The notes under the pieces: model-generated
What the model saw: only the letters and a program-made list of their open reading frames with translations
Database searches by the model: none
Told to the model about the DNA's origin: nothing
Made by a program: the position numbers and the translations under genes
Shown: positions 8,636-15,759 of the stretch, one piece after another
Numbering within the stretch: position 1 is the stretch's first letter
Layout of the letters: each line of letters begins with the position of its first letter
Assembly: GCA_947570215.1 (NCBI GenBank)
Contig: CANOTO010000004.1
Coordinates: 92,522-156,521 of the forward strand
From: an uncultured Clostridia bacterium
GTDB taxonomy: Bacteria; Bacillota; Clostridia; Christensenellales; CAG-314
DNA: 64,000 nt
Reading direction: 5' to 3'

Positions 8636-9841
8636 TTACCAATCAAGTTTTTCCGATTCTTTAAGCAAAAATTCGTCGGGCAAGTCGGTATAGGTATCTT
8701 TAAGCACGCCGCCGGAATGTCCGACCATTTCGTTTATTGCGCTTTGCGCTACTCCGCAAGTTACGCAGTGCGTATAAAACGTCGTTCGTAAGTCGTACAA
8801 GATATGATTCGGCAGTATCGAATTAAACTTTTCCCGTAAGTATTTTAGACTTACCCAGTCTATCTCGCTTATTCCGTCTAAATACGGTTGCAGTAATTTA
8901 ATTATGGGAATACGTTTCGTCGCTATTTCGCCGTTTTTGCGTTTGCTGTTTTTCGCAACAATAAACTTACCGCAAATTTTCGCCGTTTTGTATTCGTTGG
9001 GACGAAGTCCCGTATACAAGGCAATGGCGAAGAATAGTTGATAGCGAGTACCTGCAGTTTTGTCTAACAACAGTTTTTCTTCTTCCAACGTTAGTGCCGA
9101 ACCGTGTTTGCGCTCATGTTGCTTATGGAAAACCATTTGTACGGGGTTGTGTTGTATCAGTCCGAATTTTACTGCGCAACCGAGTATTTGGTTTAACAGA
9201 CTGCGTACTTCGTCGGCCGTCTTGCCTTTTCCTTGTTCGGTAAAGTCGTCAAGTATCCGCTGAATGTCTATTGCGTTTACGCTGCGCAAATGTTTCTTCG
9301 CAAACGGTTCTTCCAAAGCCCGGCGAAAGCGCCATATATCGTTTTTGTACGTTCGTTCTGCAACTTTGCGTTTATGGAAGTGTTCAAACCAAAAATACGC
9401 AAATTCGTTGAACGTCGTCGGAACGGTTCTGCCGTTGTTAACCTTTATAGGTCTTTGCTGATCGGCTATTTTAAGTTTTTCAATGAATTTTTGTTTTGCT
9501 TCTTCGAGTGTTTTTGCGCTTGCCGTTACGTTGTAACCGTTGCGGCGGTACCGTATTTCGTAACTGCAACGGTAGCGTCCGTCGCAGCGTTTGCGAACGT
9601 GAGCGGTGCAGCCTTCCACTCGAAACTCTCTTCTGAATGTCTTTGGCATCTTTGAAATCTCCTTATCTGAAAATTTCAAAGGTCTGCAATAAACTGTTTT
9701 TTCATTAGATCCTGCGCTTTCCGTCAGTTCGGCATTCAGCGCGGCAATCTCCTTGGTAAGCCGCTCCCTGTCGGCTTGGTTGTTGGTAAAACTTAACATT
9801 ACCAACTTTTGCGATAGCAAAATCATTTGTTCTGCGTTCAT
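8636..9841 (-). CDS. int: Tyrosine-type site-specific integrase
   Basis: C-terminal catalytic region with LRPNE, HDLRTTF-like (YDLRTTFYTHC), GHSGG and a terminal Y (KDTYTD). Adjacent to the tRNA att site. Confidence 0.88.
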   Translation of the reverse strand: MNAEQMILLSQKLVMLSFTNNQADRERLTKEIAALNAELTESAGSNEKTVYCRPLKFSDKEISKMPKTFRREFRVEGCTAHVRKRCDGRYRCSYEIRYRRNGYNVTASAKTLEEAKQKFIEKLKIADQQRPIKVNNGRTVPTTFNEFAYFWFEHFHKRKVAERTYKNDIWRFRRALEEPFAKKHLRSVNAIDIQRILDDFTEQGKGKTADEVRSLLNQILGCAVKFGLIQHNPVQMVFHKQHERKHGSALTLEEEKLLLDKTAGTRYQLFFAIALYTGLRPNEYKTAKICGKFIVAKNSKRKNGEIATKRIPIIKLLQPYLDGISEIDWVSLKYLREKFNSILPNHILYDLRTTFYTHCVTCGVAQSAINEMVGHSGGVLKDTYTDLPDEFLLKESEKLDW

Positions 9842-9918
9842 AGTTACATTTCTCCTTGTGTATTATTCCACTTGCGTGGTAACACAGAGTATAGCGACTA
9901 TGAACGTTTTTTCAAGGG

Positions 9919-10251
9919 CTAATTCTTTGCGCCATCCACAAGGAAACGGGCGTAATTGATAAGCCCTTTCTGCGCTTCCGACCCAAGTTTGCTGCCGATT
10001 TCTTCGTACAGCATTAGCAGTTCTTCTTTGTCGGGTGTAAGCTCGTAGTTTGATACGCCAAATTCTTCATCTTCCGTTGTGGGTAGCTGCATAGCAACTA
10101 ATATTTTATTTAATGTATCAATTCTAGGGTACTTGACGTAGCCACAAAAAACATTGGTAATTGTGGATCGTTCGAGTTTAGTTAATCTTGCTAAATCATC
10201 GTAGGTTAAATGTAGTTCTTTTTTTCGTTTCTTTAATTGTTCCAAATCCAT
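9919..10251 (-). CDS. XRE-family helix-turn-helix repressor (cI-like)
   Basis: HTH segment LTYDDLARLTKLERSTITNV. GGAG lies 8 nt upstream of ATG 10251. The longer ORF-track start at 10314 lacks an RBS. Confidence 0.8.
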   Translation of the reverse strand: MDLEQLKKRKKELHLTYDDLARLTKLERSTITNVFCGYVKYPRIDTLNKILVAMQLPTTEDEEFGVSNYELTPDKEELLMLYEEIGSKLGSEAQKGLINYARFLVDGAKN

Positions 10252-10307
10252 ATTCAACGCTCCATATTGCAATAGTACCAAAATATAGACTTTTTGCAAA
10301 AAAACGC

Positions 10308-10347
10308 TTGACAAAGTCCCTACGATTAGACTATATTGAAAATAGTC
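10308..10347 (+). promoter_or_regulatory. Rightward early promoter with an overlapping palindromic operator
   Basis: TTGACA (10308-10313), 18-nt spacer, TATATT (10332-10337). A 19-bp imperfect palindrome GACTATATTGAAAATAGTC (10329-10347) covers the -10 box. Confidence 0.55.
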
Positions 10348-10506
10348 CCAAAAATGGGGTAAAAATAGCCTTGAAGTCTGCGGAATTCAAGTTTTGCAAA
10401 AGTATTCAATTTCTTGGTCGATTTTGATTATATCAAACTATTCCGCAAACTTCAAGCAGTTTACCCAATTATGGGAATATTTATCTGAAATAGGGAGCGC
10501 GAAACT

Positions 10507-10962
10507 ATGGACGAAAAGAAAGAATACACATTCAAAGTCCCTGCGGAGATTTTTTACACCAACGAAGGGACTTTATCTATTAGCATTAAAATATTAGCCA
10601 ACGACAGCAGTGTTCTCAAACGGATTCTCGCAGGCAAAACAATCGACGACAATAAGAGTTGTTTTGGAATGTACGTCCGCAACGACATAAATACGTTATG
10701 GCAAACTTTTGTTATGTTCAGCGGAATGTTTACTTTTACGGAAACGCCGCAACGTACCAAAGAAGAAATTACCGCCGAAGCGCTGGAACTTGCCGTGTTG
10801 CGGCTTTTGGATAAAGACGACGACCTTTGCGCCGTATGCGCAAGGCGTGAAGCTTGCACCAAAGAATCGAACGAACAGGGCGAAGCATTTAATAAGCCTA
10901 AGTGTAGCGTTTGCGTGGAGAACGTTAGCCGGTACTTTATGGAGCAAGCGAAAAACGATTAG
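10507..10962 (+). CDS. Hypothetical protein with a C-terminal CxxC...CxxC cluster
   Basis: 151-aa ORF with RBS-like GGGAG upstream. First gene of the rightward operon. No family recognised. Confidence 0.6.
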   Translation: MDEKKEYTFKVPAEIFYTNEGTLSISIKILANDSSVLKRILAGKTIDDNKSCFGMYVRNDINTLWQTFVMFSGMFTFTETPQRTKEEITAEALELAVLRLLDKDDDLCAVCARREACTKESNEQGEAFNKPKCSVCVENVSRYFMEQAKND

Positions 10963-10970
10963 CAGGTTTC

Positions 10971-11000
10971 GTACGCTGTACCTAACAGCGTACATCAATA
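10971..11000 (+). repeat. Hairpin plus conserved tail, copy 1
   Basis: 9-bp stem GTACGCTGT/ACAGCGTAC. The tail TAACAGCGTACATCAATA is repeated at 11348-11365 with 1 mismatch. Confidence 0.6.
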
Positions 11001-11025
11001 ATCAAAAAGTAAAAGGGGATAGTTT

Positions 11026-11316
11026 ATGAATGAAATTGTAGTTGAAGGTAAGATTGATTATTTAGACGTATGTAATGAGCACTATAATTGTACTTTTCGT
11101 GCTGTTCTACAGAAGAGCAAATCTTTTTGCTGTGGTTATAAAACTTTTGTAACTATTACTTATGGCTTAACGGTACACGGTTATCTTTGTAAGCCTGATT
11201 ATATCGATATAACCTACGACCGTTCTATCAGAATTACGGAAGAAGATTTCAAAGATTGGTTGTGCAACTATTTCAACTTGACTTTATCTGAACACGATTT
11301 AACTTTTTTCAATTAA
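11026..11316 (+). CDS. Hypothetical protein (96 aa)
   Basis: ORF with AAAGGGGA RBS. No family recognised. Confidence 0.55.
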   Translation: MNEIVVEGKIDYLDVCNEHYNCTFRAVLQKSKSFCCGYKTFVTITYGLTVHGYLCKPDYIDITYDRSIRITEEDFKDWLCNYFNLTLSEHDLTFFN

Positions 11317-11334
11317 CGTTTGTTTTTACTGTTC

Positions 11335-11365
11335 GTACGTTGTCGGTTAACAGCGTACACCAATA
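11335..11365 (+). repeat. Hairpin plus conserved tail, copy 2
   Basis: 9-bp stem GTACGTTGT/ACAGCGTAC (one G:U pair), followed by ACCAATA. Confidence 0.6.
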
Positions 11366-11743
11366 GAGTTTGGCATAGAACGGATAACTCTAAATATGTT
11401 TTCTTCTCCAAAGCGTCGTAGGTCGGCGACGATAAACAAACGGCTCGTTGCAGTTCTCAGTCTCGACAATCAGAACTGTATAATCAAAACTTGGTCGTGT
11501 AAGACGGTTAGCGGTGTCGTCCGGAAACATTACCGCCCCAAGGTAGATTGGCGACCTATATACAACAGCCATTATCAGCCTTGCGATAAGGGACAGGGCA
11601 GGTGTGTTGTGCGTTTTCCTAAAACAAACGTACACCGTTTGTTGGCGGCAAAGAACGGTTGCGCGGATGCAGCGCTATATAAAAGGCAACGAAGTTCGCG
11701 CCGGGAGAGCCGCCACTCCCGAACACGCGCGAAGCGGTGAAAA

Positions 11744-12268
11744 ATGGGTTACAGAATATTAGCAGTTTTAATAATTGCACTTGTGTTAATAGTCGTCTTC
11801 GTAATTCGGAGAACTGTAAAGAAAAAGCGCAAAGATGAAAAAGGCAGGATATATAAGACGACTGACGGATATTTAGCGGATAATCCTAAAAATAAGAAAA
11901 AGCGCAACGTAGTAGTCGTAGAGCAGCGCAAAAAGGACGGAGCGATAGCGGTTAGCAAGATATTCGGCGCAGATGAAAAATCGGGAGATTTTTATATTGA
12001 CGATTTAGAACTGAAACCGAGTGAACATAGTTCATTGACAAAGAATTCTCTTGTAGAACGGCGTGTGAAGTTTGGCGTTAAACGTAACGGTAGGCATACG
12101 CCAATTTATATTAGAGATTTGAAACCAACAAACGACAAACTCACAAAAAAGGAAATGCGGAAAGTCAATAAACAAAAAGGCGGAAAGACTGTAAAAAATA
12201 GGCGGACGTATAGAAGTACACGCAGTAATTGGAAGCAAGGGTTCAAGAATAAAAACAAAAGAAAATAA
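11744..12268 (+). CDS. Hypothetical N-terminally membrane-anchored, very lysine-rich protein
   Basis: One TM helix (ILAVLIIALVLIVVFVI) followed by a K/R-rich sequence to the C-terminus. Confidence 0.6.
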   Translation: MGYRILAVLIIALVLIVVFVIRRTVKKKRKDEKGRIYKTTDGYLADNPKNKKKRNVVVVEQRKKDGAIAVSKIFGADEKSGDFYIDDLELKPSEHSSLTKNSLVERRVKFGVKRNGRHTPIYIRDLKPTNDKLTKKEMRKVNKQKGGKTVKNRRTYRSTRSNWKQGFKNKNKRK

Positions 12269-12340
12269 AAAAAAAAACCGAGTCGGCTGTGAAGCAAGAC
12301 TCGGGGTGGGACATTCCGGAAATGCCCCTGCTTAATTGGC
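12267..12340 (-). ncRNA. Candidate ~70-nt small RNA, convergent with the upstream gene
   Basis: Minus-strand promoter (see next feature). Terminator with 7-bp plus 3-bp stem (12278-12304) and a U11 tail (12267-12277). No credible ORF. Confidence 0.5.
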
Positions 12341-12346
12341 AATTAT

Positions 12347-12375
12347 AGTATATGCCAATTTGAGCAAAAAGTCAA
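12347..12375 (-). promoter_or_regulatory. Near-consensus sigma-A promoter on the minus strand
   Basis: TTGACT (complement of 12370-12375), 17-nt spacer, TATACT (complement of 12347-12352), with an overlapping TATAAT. Confidence 0.55.
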
Positions 12376-12418
12376 CACTATTTTGAGAATTCATATAAGC
12401 AAATTTTAGGGGTGCGAA

Positions 12419-12664
12419 ATGAGAGCGGAACAGGTCGGGCAAATTATCGAAACGGAAGCGCAGAAGCCTAAAATAGGCAAAGTCGTTTATTACGGCGTAT
12501 GTAGCGTTTGCGGCGAGAAAATAGACGTTTCCAACAAGTTGGAATTTAATCAAAAAGAGTATTACGCAGACAACTTCGGTATTGAAAAAGTAGGCGACAA
12601 ATGGGTTTGCAAACAAGAAATACGGCTACAAAACTGCCCGTTTTGCGAGAAACCGCCGTTTTGA
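12419..12664 (+). CDS. Small zinc-ribbon-like protein (CxxC ... CxxC)
   Basis: 81-aa ORF with AGGGG RBS and two CxxC pairs (CSVC, CPFC). Confidence 0.55.
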   Translation: MRAEQVGQIIETEAQKPKIGKVVYYGVCSVCGEKIDVSNKLEFNQKEYYADNFGIEKVGDKWVCKQEIRLQNCPFCEKPPF

Positions 12665-12734
12665 GCGGTAAATTTGTCGGTTCGGTAAGTTATAAAGGCG
12701 GCAAACCGTTGGAATTTAAGGGAGTGTTCACACA

Positions 12735-12908
12735 ATGGCAAAATGCGAAATTTGTTGTAATGAATGTAATGGCGAAATTAAAATCGCAGCGTATAATCAC
12801 AGCGCAATAATTTGCGGTAAGTGCGCCGTAGATAAAGAAATAATAACAGACCCCGAAATAGTAAAAATAATCTGCAAAGCGGAAGGCTTTGAAAAGTTGC
12901 GGCAATGA
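12735..12908 (+). CDS. Small Cys-rich protein (57 aa, below the ORF-track cutoff)
   Basis: AAGGGAG RBS 10 nt upstream. Sequence MAKCEICCNECNGE...CGKC. Confidence 0.45.
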   Translation: MAKCEICCNECNGEIKIAAYNHSAIICGKCAVDKEIITDPEIVKIICKAEGFEKLRQ

Positions 12909-13072
12909 AAAAGTTTACTTTTGTTTATCAGCCGATTAGCGGCGGTTCGGATTCCGTAACGCTTTACGCAAAGAATTACGGTATTGCTATCAATAGATTC
13001 AAACACCAATATAAGTATTTGAAAATAATAAAAATTGTAAAGGAGAAAAAAGAAAATGGCAAAGAAGAATAA
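12905..13072 (+). CDS. Possible small protein (55 aa), ATGA-coupled to the previous ORF
   Basis: Open frame MKKFTFVYQPISGG.... No separate RBS. Overlaps the next gene start. Confidence 0.3.
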   Translation: MKKFTFVYQPISGGSDSVTLYAKNYGIAINRFKHQYKYLKIIKIVKEKKENGKEE

Positions 13073-14162
13073 TTCACGTTCTGCAATGGGGGGGGGCGTA
13101 ATAGTTCTCTCATTGTTGTTGCTTGCAGCAATTATATGCGGAGCGATAACTCACGGGTTTACAACGTGGACAACGTGCGGCTGCTTCGGACATAAGTACG
13201 GCGACGACGGCGTTTGCGTACGCTGCAAGGAAGCAAAGCCTACGGAGAAAACTGACGGCGCAGTCGTAGACAACGACGGCAACGTAATGGATTCCGACAA
13301 GGTTTACGCAATGCCTACGGGTATGACGTTTTCATCGGCAAAGCAACTCAACGCCGAGCCGTCCGAAGAAACTGAAAAGAGCGTAACCATAACGGCGACA
13401 ATCGAACCTGCCGACGCTACTAACAAAAACGTTGACTGGTCGGTTGCGTTCGTAAACGCAGACAGTACTTGGGCAAGCGGTAAGACCGTAACGGACTATA
13501 TAACGGTAACGCCGACTTCCGACGGTTCGCTTACTGCAACGGTAACCTGTAAACAAGCGTTCGGCGAGCAAATAGTCGTGCAATGCGTAGCGCAGGATAA
13601 CGCCGAAGCTTCGGCAAGTTGTACGGTAGATTATAGAAGGCGTGTTGAAAACGTAGCTGTTTCTATTGACGGTTTTATGAGCGGCGGTTTCGTTTCGGGT
13701 TCTATAAGTTTGTATACGGACAATGCCCCTACGAAAAACGTTTCTCGGCACGTAACTTACTCCGTAGGAACTGTCGGCGGCGACGAAGAAGTAATTATCG
13801 AATACAAGTTGGGCGATATAATTTACAGCCAAATGTCAGCGCATTTTTGTATGGGACACGATTGGAATACCTGTAAAGACGTTAATCACTTGTATTACCA
13901 ACTAAACCAAGACTGGCACCAAATAGGAAATACATTAACGACGGATATTTCGTTCTTAGAACCGATGTTCAAGTTTGTTCCTACAAATTACACGTCTGCA
14001 CTTAATAGTGCAAGAATAATTTTCAAAAATACTGTCGGCGCAATCGTATTTAGAATAACCTGCGGAGATTGGACGAAAGAATTATCGTTCCAGACCACCG
14101 TAGAAAACTTCAAAATATCCGTAACGAACGTTACGTTAAATCAAGGAACGTTAGAGTTTTAG
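13056..14162 (+). CDS. N-terminally anchored surface protein with a bacterial Ig-like (Big_2-like) domain
   Basis: AAGGAG RBS and a TM helix VIVLSLLLLAAIICGAI. The segment TATIEPADATNKNVDWSV...TVTPTSDGSLTATV resembles Big_2. A G9 tract lies at 13088-13096. Confidence 0.7.
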   Translation: MAKKNNSRSAMGGGVIVLSLLLLAAIICGAITHGFTTWTTCGCFGHKYGDDGVCVRCKEAKPTEKTDGAVVDNDGNVMDSDKVYAMPTGMTFSSAKQLNAEPSEETEKSVTITATIEPADATNKNVDWSVAFVNADSTWASGKTVTDYITVTPTSDGSLTATVTCKQAFGEQIVVQCVAQDNAEASASCTVDYRRRVENVAVSIDGFMSGGFVSGSISLYTDNAPTKNVSRHVTYSVGTVGGDEEVIIEYKLGDIIYSQMSAHFCMGHDWNTCKDVNHLYYQLNQDWHQIGNTLTTDISFLEPMFKFVPTNYTSALNSARIIFKNTVGAIVFRITCGDWTKELSFQTTVENFKISVTNVTLNQGTLEF

Positions 14163-14293
14163 ACGGCAATAAATGTACTTCTTTTAGTATTGCCGCTAAA
14201 ACGAACAAAATGCTTTTAGCGGCGATACGCCGTAAAAGTGCGTAATCGGGACACGGTACGCATATAGCCCCGAAACGGGGGAAGGAGTACATA

Positions 14294-15598
14294 ATGAGCA
14301 AAAATAAAACAAAGAGTAACAGAAGCAATGCAACGTTGTACGTCGTTCTCGTAATCGTGCTGATTGCAGTAATAGTTGGCGGAGTAATAACGCACGGCTT
14401 CCAAGATTGGACGGAACAACCGCGAGCGTATGTTTCGGATAAAATACTTTCTTCGGCGCAGCTACTCAGCTCAGACGGCAAGTCTGTTTCTGCAGGATAC
14501 CGTCCCTTGAAAGTCGGGGACGAAATGTCTAAGATTGCATACTTCGCAATCGACGTATACGGCAAAGCGCGCAATGAAATAGATTCTTTCAAACTATTTT
14601 CGTCAGGCGATGAAACAATAACAATCTTCCTATGGGAACGTTATCAAGGCGAATACAGTTTCGGAATAATAAACGGAACGTTGGCAGATAATTTTCCGCA
14701 TCTTGACGAAGATAATTTATCTCAATTAAGCAGTGCCGTATGGGGAACTTTCGAAGACTACCGAATTGATGAACATAATCCATATTTAGATTTGTATATT
14801 GGCGACCTTGATGCTCGCGAAATAAATTACGGTTATACTGTTGACAATATAGGAACTCTGCCTATTTACGTTCAAACCGTACTAACAGAATTGCCGCCCG
14901 CTCCTGCGAAAACGGGATATACGTTTACAGGTTGGTATACGGATGAAGACTGTACACAGTTGTATACGGAAGACTTTGTTAATTCGGATATTACGCTGTA
15001 CGCAGGCTTCCAAGCTAATTCGTACAGCATTAAGTTCAACGCCAACAGCGGCAGCGGAACTATGGCAAACGAAGCTATGACGTACGACCAAAGCAAGGCG
15101 CTTACTGCCAACGGTTTTACCAAGGAACACTACCAATTCAAGGGTTGGGCTACGTCTGCCGACGGCGAAGTCGTATACGCAAACAATGCCGAAGTCAAGA
15201 ACCTTACGGCAACCGACGGCGCGGTAATTGAGCTCTTTGCAGTTTGGGAACGTTCGGAAGTTTCCGTTACATTCGTATCCGAAGGAAATACGGTAGCTAC
15301 AACTTGGATAGCGATAGGCACAAAGGCGACGTTACCTAAAACGCCCGTTAAGGAAGGACACCTGTTCAACGGTTGGTACTACGAAGACGGTACCAAGTAC
15401 GAAACGCAGAATATATCCGAAGACATTACGCTTACGGCAAAGTTCAGTATTATCCGCTGCACCGTTACGTTCATAGTAGACGGCGAAGTTTATGCGGTAT
15501 ACGTCTGCGACTGGGGTACTTCCATTGCGCAAGCGTTGAACGGCGCGGGCGTTAACACTGCACTGTACAAGGCGGATGAGCATAGCCGAAATTTTTAG
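14294..15598 (+). CDS. N-terminally anchored surface protein with three Listeria-Bacteroides-type (Flg_new-like) repeats
   Basis: GGAAGGAG RBS and a TM helix LYVVLVIVLIAVIVGGVI. Repeats GYTFTGWYTDED, HYQFKGWATSADG and GHLFNGWYYEDG. Confidence 0.75.
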   Translation: MSKNKTKSNRSNATLYVVLVIVLIAVIVGGVITHGFQDWTEQPRAYVSDKILSSAQLLSSDGKSVSAGYRPLKVGDEMSKIAYFAIDVYGKARNEIDSFKLFSSGDETITIFLWERYQGEYSFGIINGTLADNFPHLDEDNLSQLSSAVWGTFEDYRIDEHNPYLDLYIGDLDAREINYGYTVDNIGTLPIYVQTVLTELPPAPAKTGYTFTGWYTDEDCTQLYTEDFVNSDITLYAGFQANSYSIKFNANSGSGTMANEAMTYDQSKALTANGFTKEHYQFKGWATSADGEVVYANNAEVKNLTATDGAVIELFAVWERSEVSVTFVSEGNTVATTWIAIGTKATLPKTPVKEGHLFNGWYYEDGTKYETQNISEDITLTAKFSIIRCTVTFIVDGEVYAVYVCDWGTSIAQALNGAGVNTALYKADEHSRNF

Positions 15599-15626
15599 TT
15601 AGGCAAGACTTGACTGTAAGTCTTGC
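15589..15626 (+). promoter_or_regulatory. Candidate -1 programmed ribosomal frameshift signal
   Basis: Slippery heptamer A_AAT_TTT (15589-15595) in the zero frame, just before stop TAG (15596-15598). A 7-nt spacer follows, then a 9-bp stem GCAAGACTT/AAGTCTTGC (15603-15626). Confidence 0.55.
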
Positions 15627-15759
15627 AAAAACTTGGCTCGGCGAACGGCTTACTGAAACTCAGTTTTGGTGGGCAGTTGCAGGAGCGTGTGTAGGAATAG
15701 TTTTTCTTTTGTCCGTAGTACTTGGCGCAGTAATTACAAAGAAAAGGAGTAAAAGATGA
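15595..15759 (+). CDS. -1 frame extension (54 aa) encoding a TM helix plus a basic tail; alternatively an independent TTG-initiated 49-aa ORF from 15610
   Basis: Open -1 frame LVRQDLTVSLAKTWLGERLTETQFWWAVAGACVGIVFLLSVVLGAVITKKRSKR. It ends in ATGA overlap with the next gene. Confidence 0.45.
   Translation, partial: LVRQDLTVSLAKTWLGERLTETQFWWAVAGACVGIVFLLSVVLGAVITKKRSKR

Noticed and set aside
11390-11740. 114-aa (+) and 81-aa (-) ORFs in the non-coding island
   Set aside because: The + frame is an Arg/Ser/Lys-rich string with no RBS. The minus frame lacks an RBS and would be the only leftward gene inside the operon. The region is treated as non-coding.
15610-15759. Independent 49-aa TM protein starting at TTG 15610 (a possible coat-like protein)
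   Set aside because: It is not fully excluded. However, the only start codon is a TTG buried in a 9-bp stem with a weak RBS. The same frame is reached exactly by the slippery heptamer upstream, so the frameshift model is preferred.
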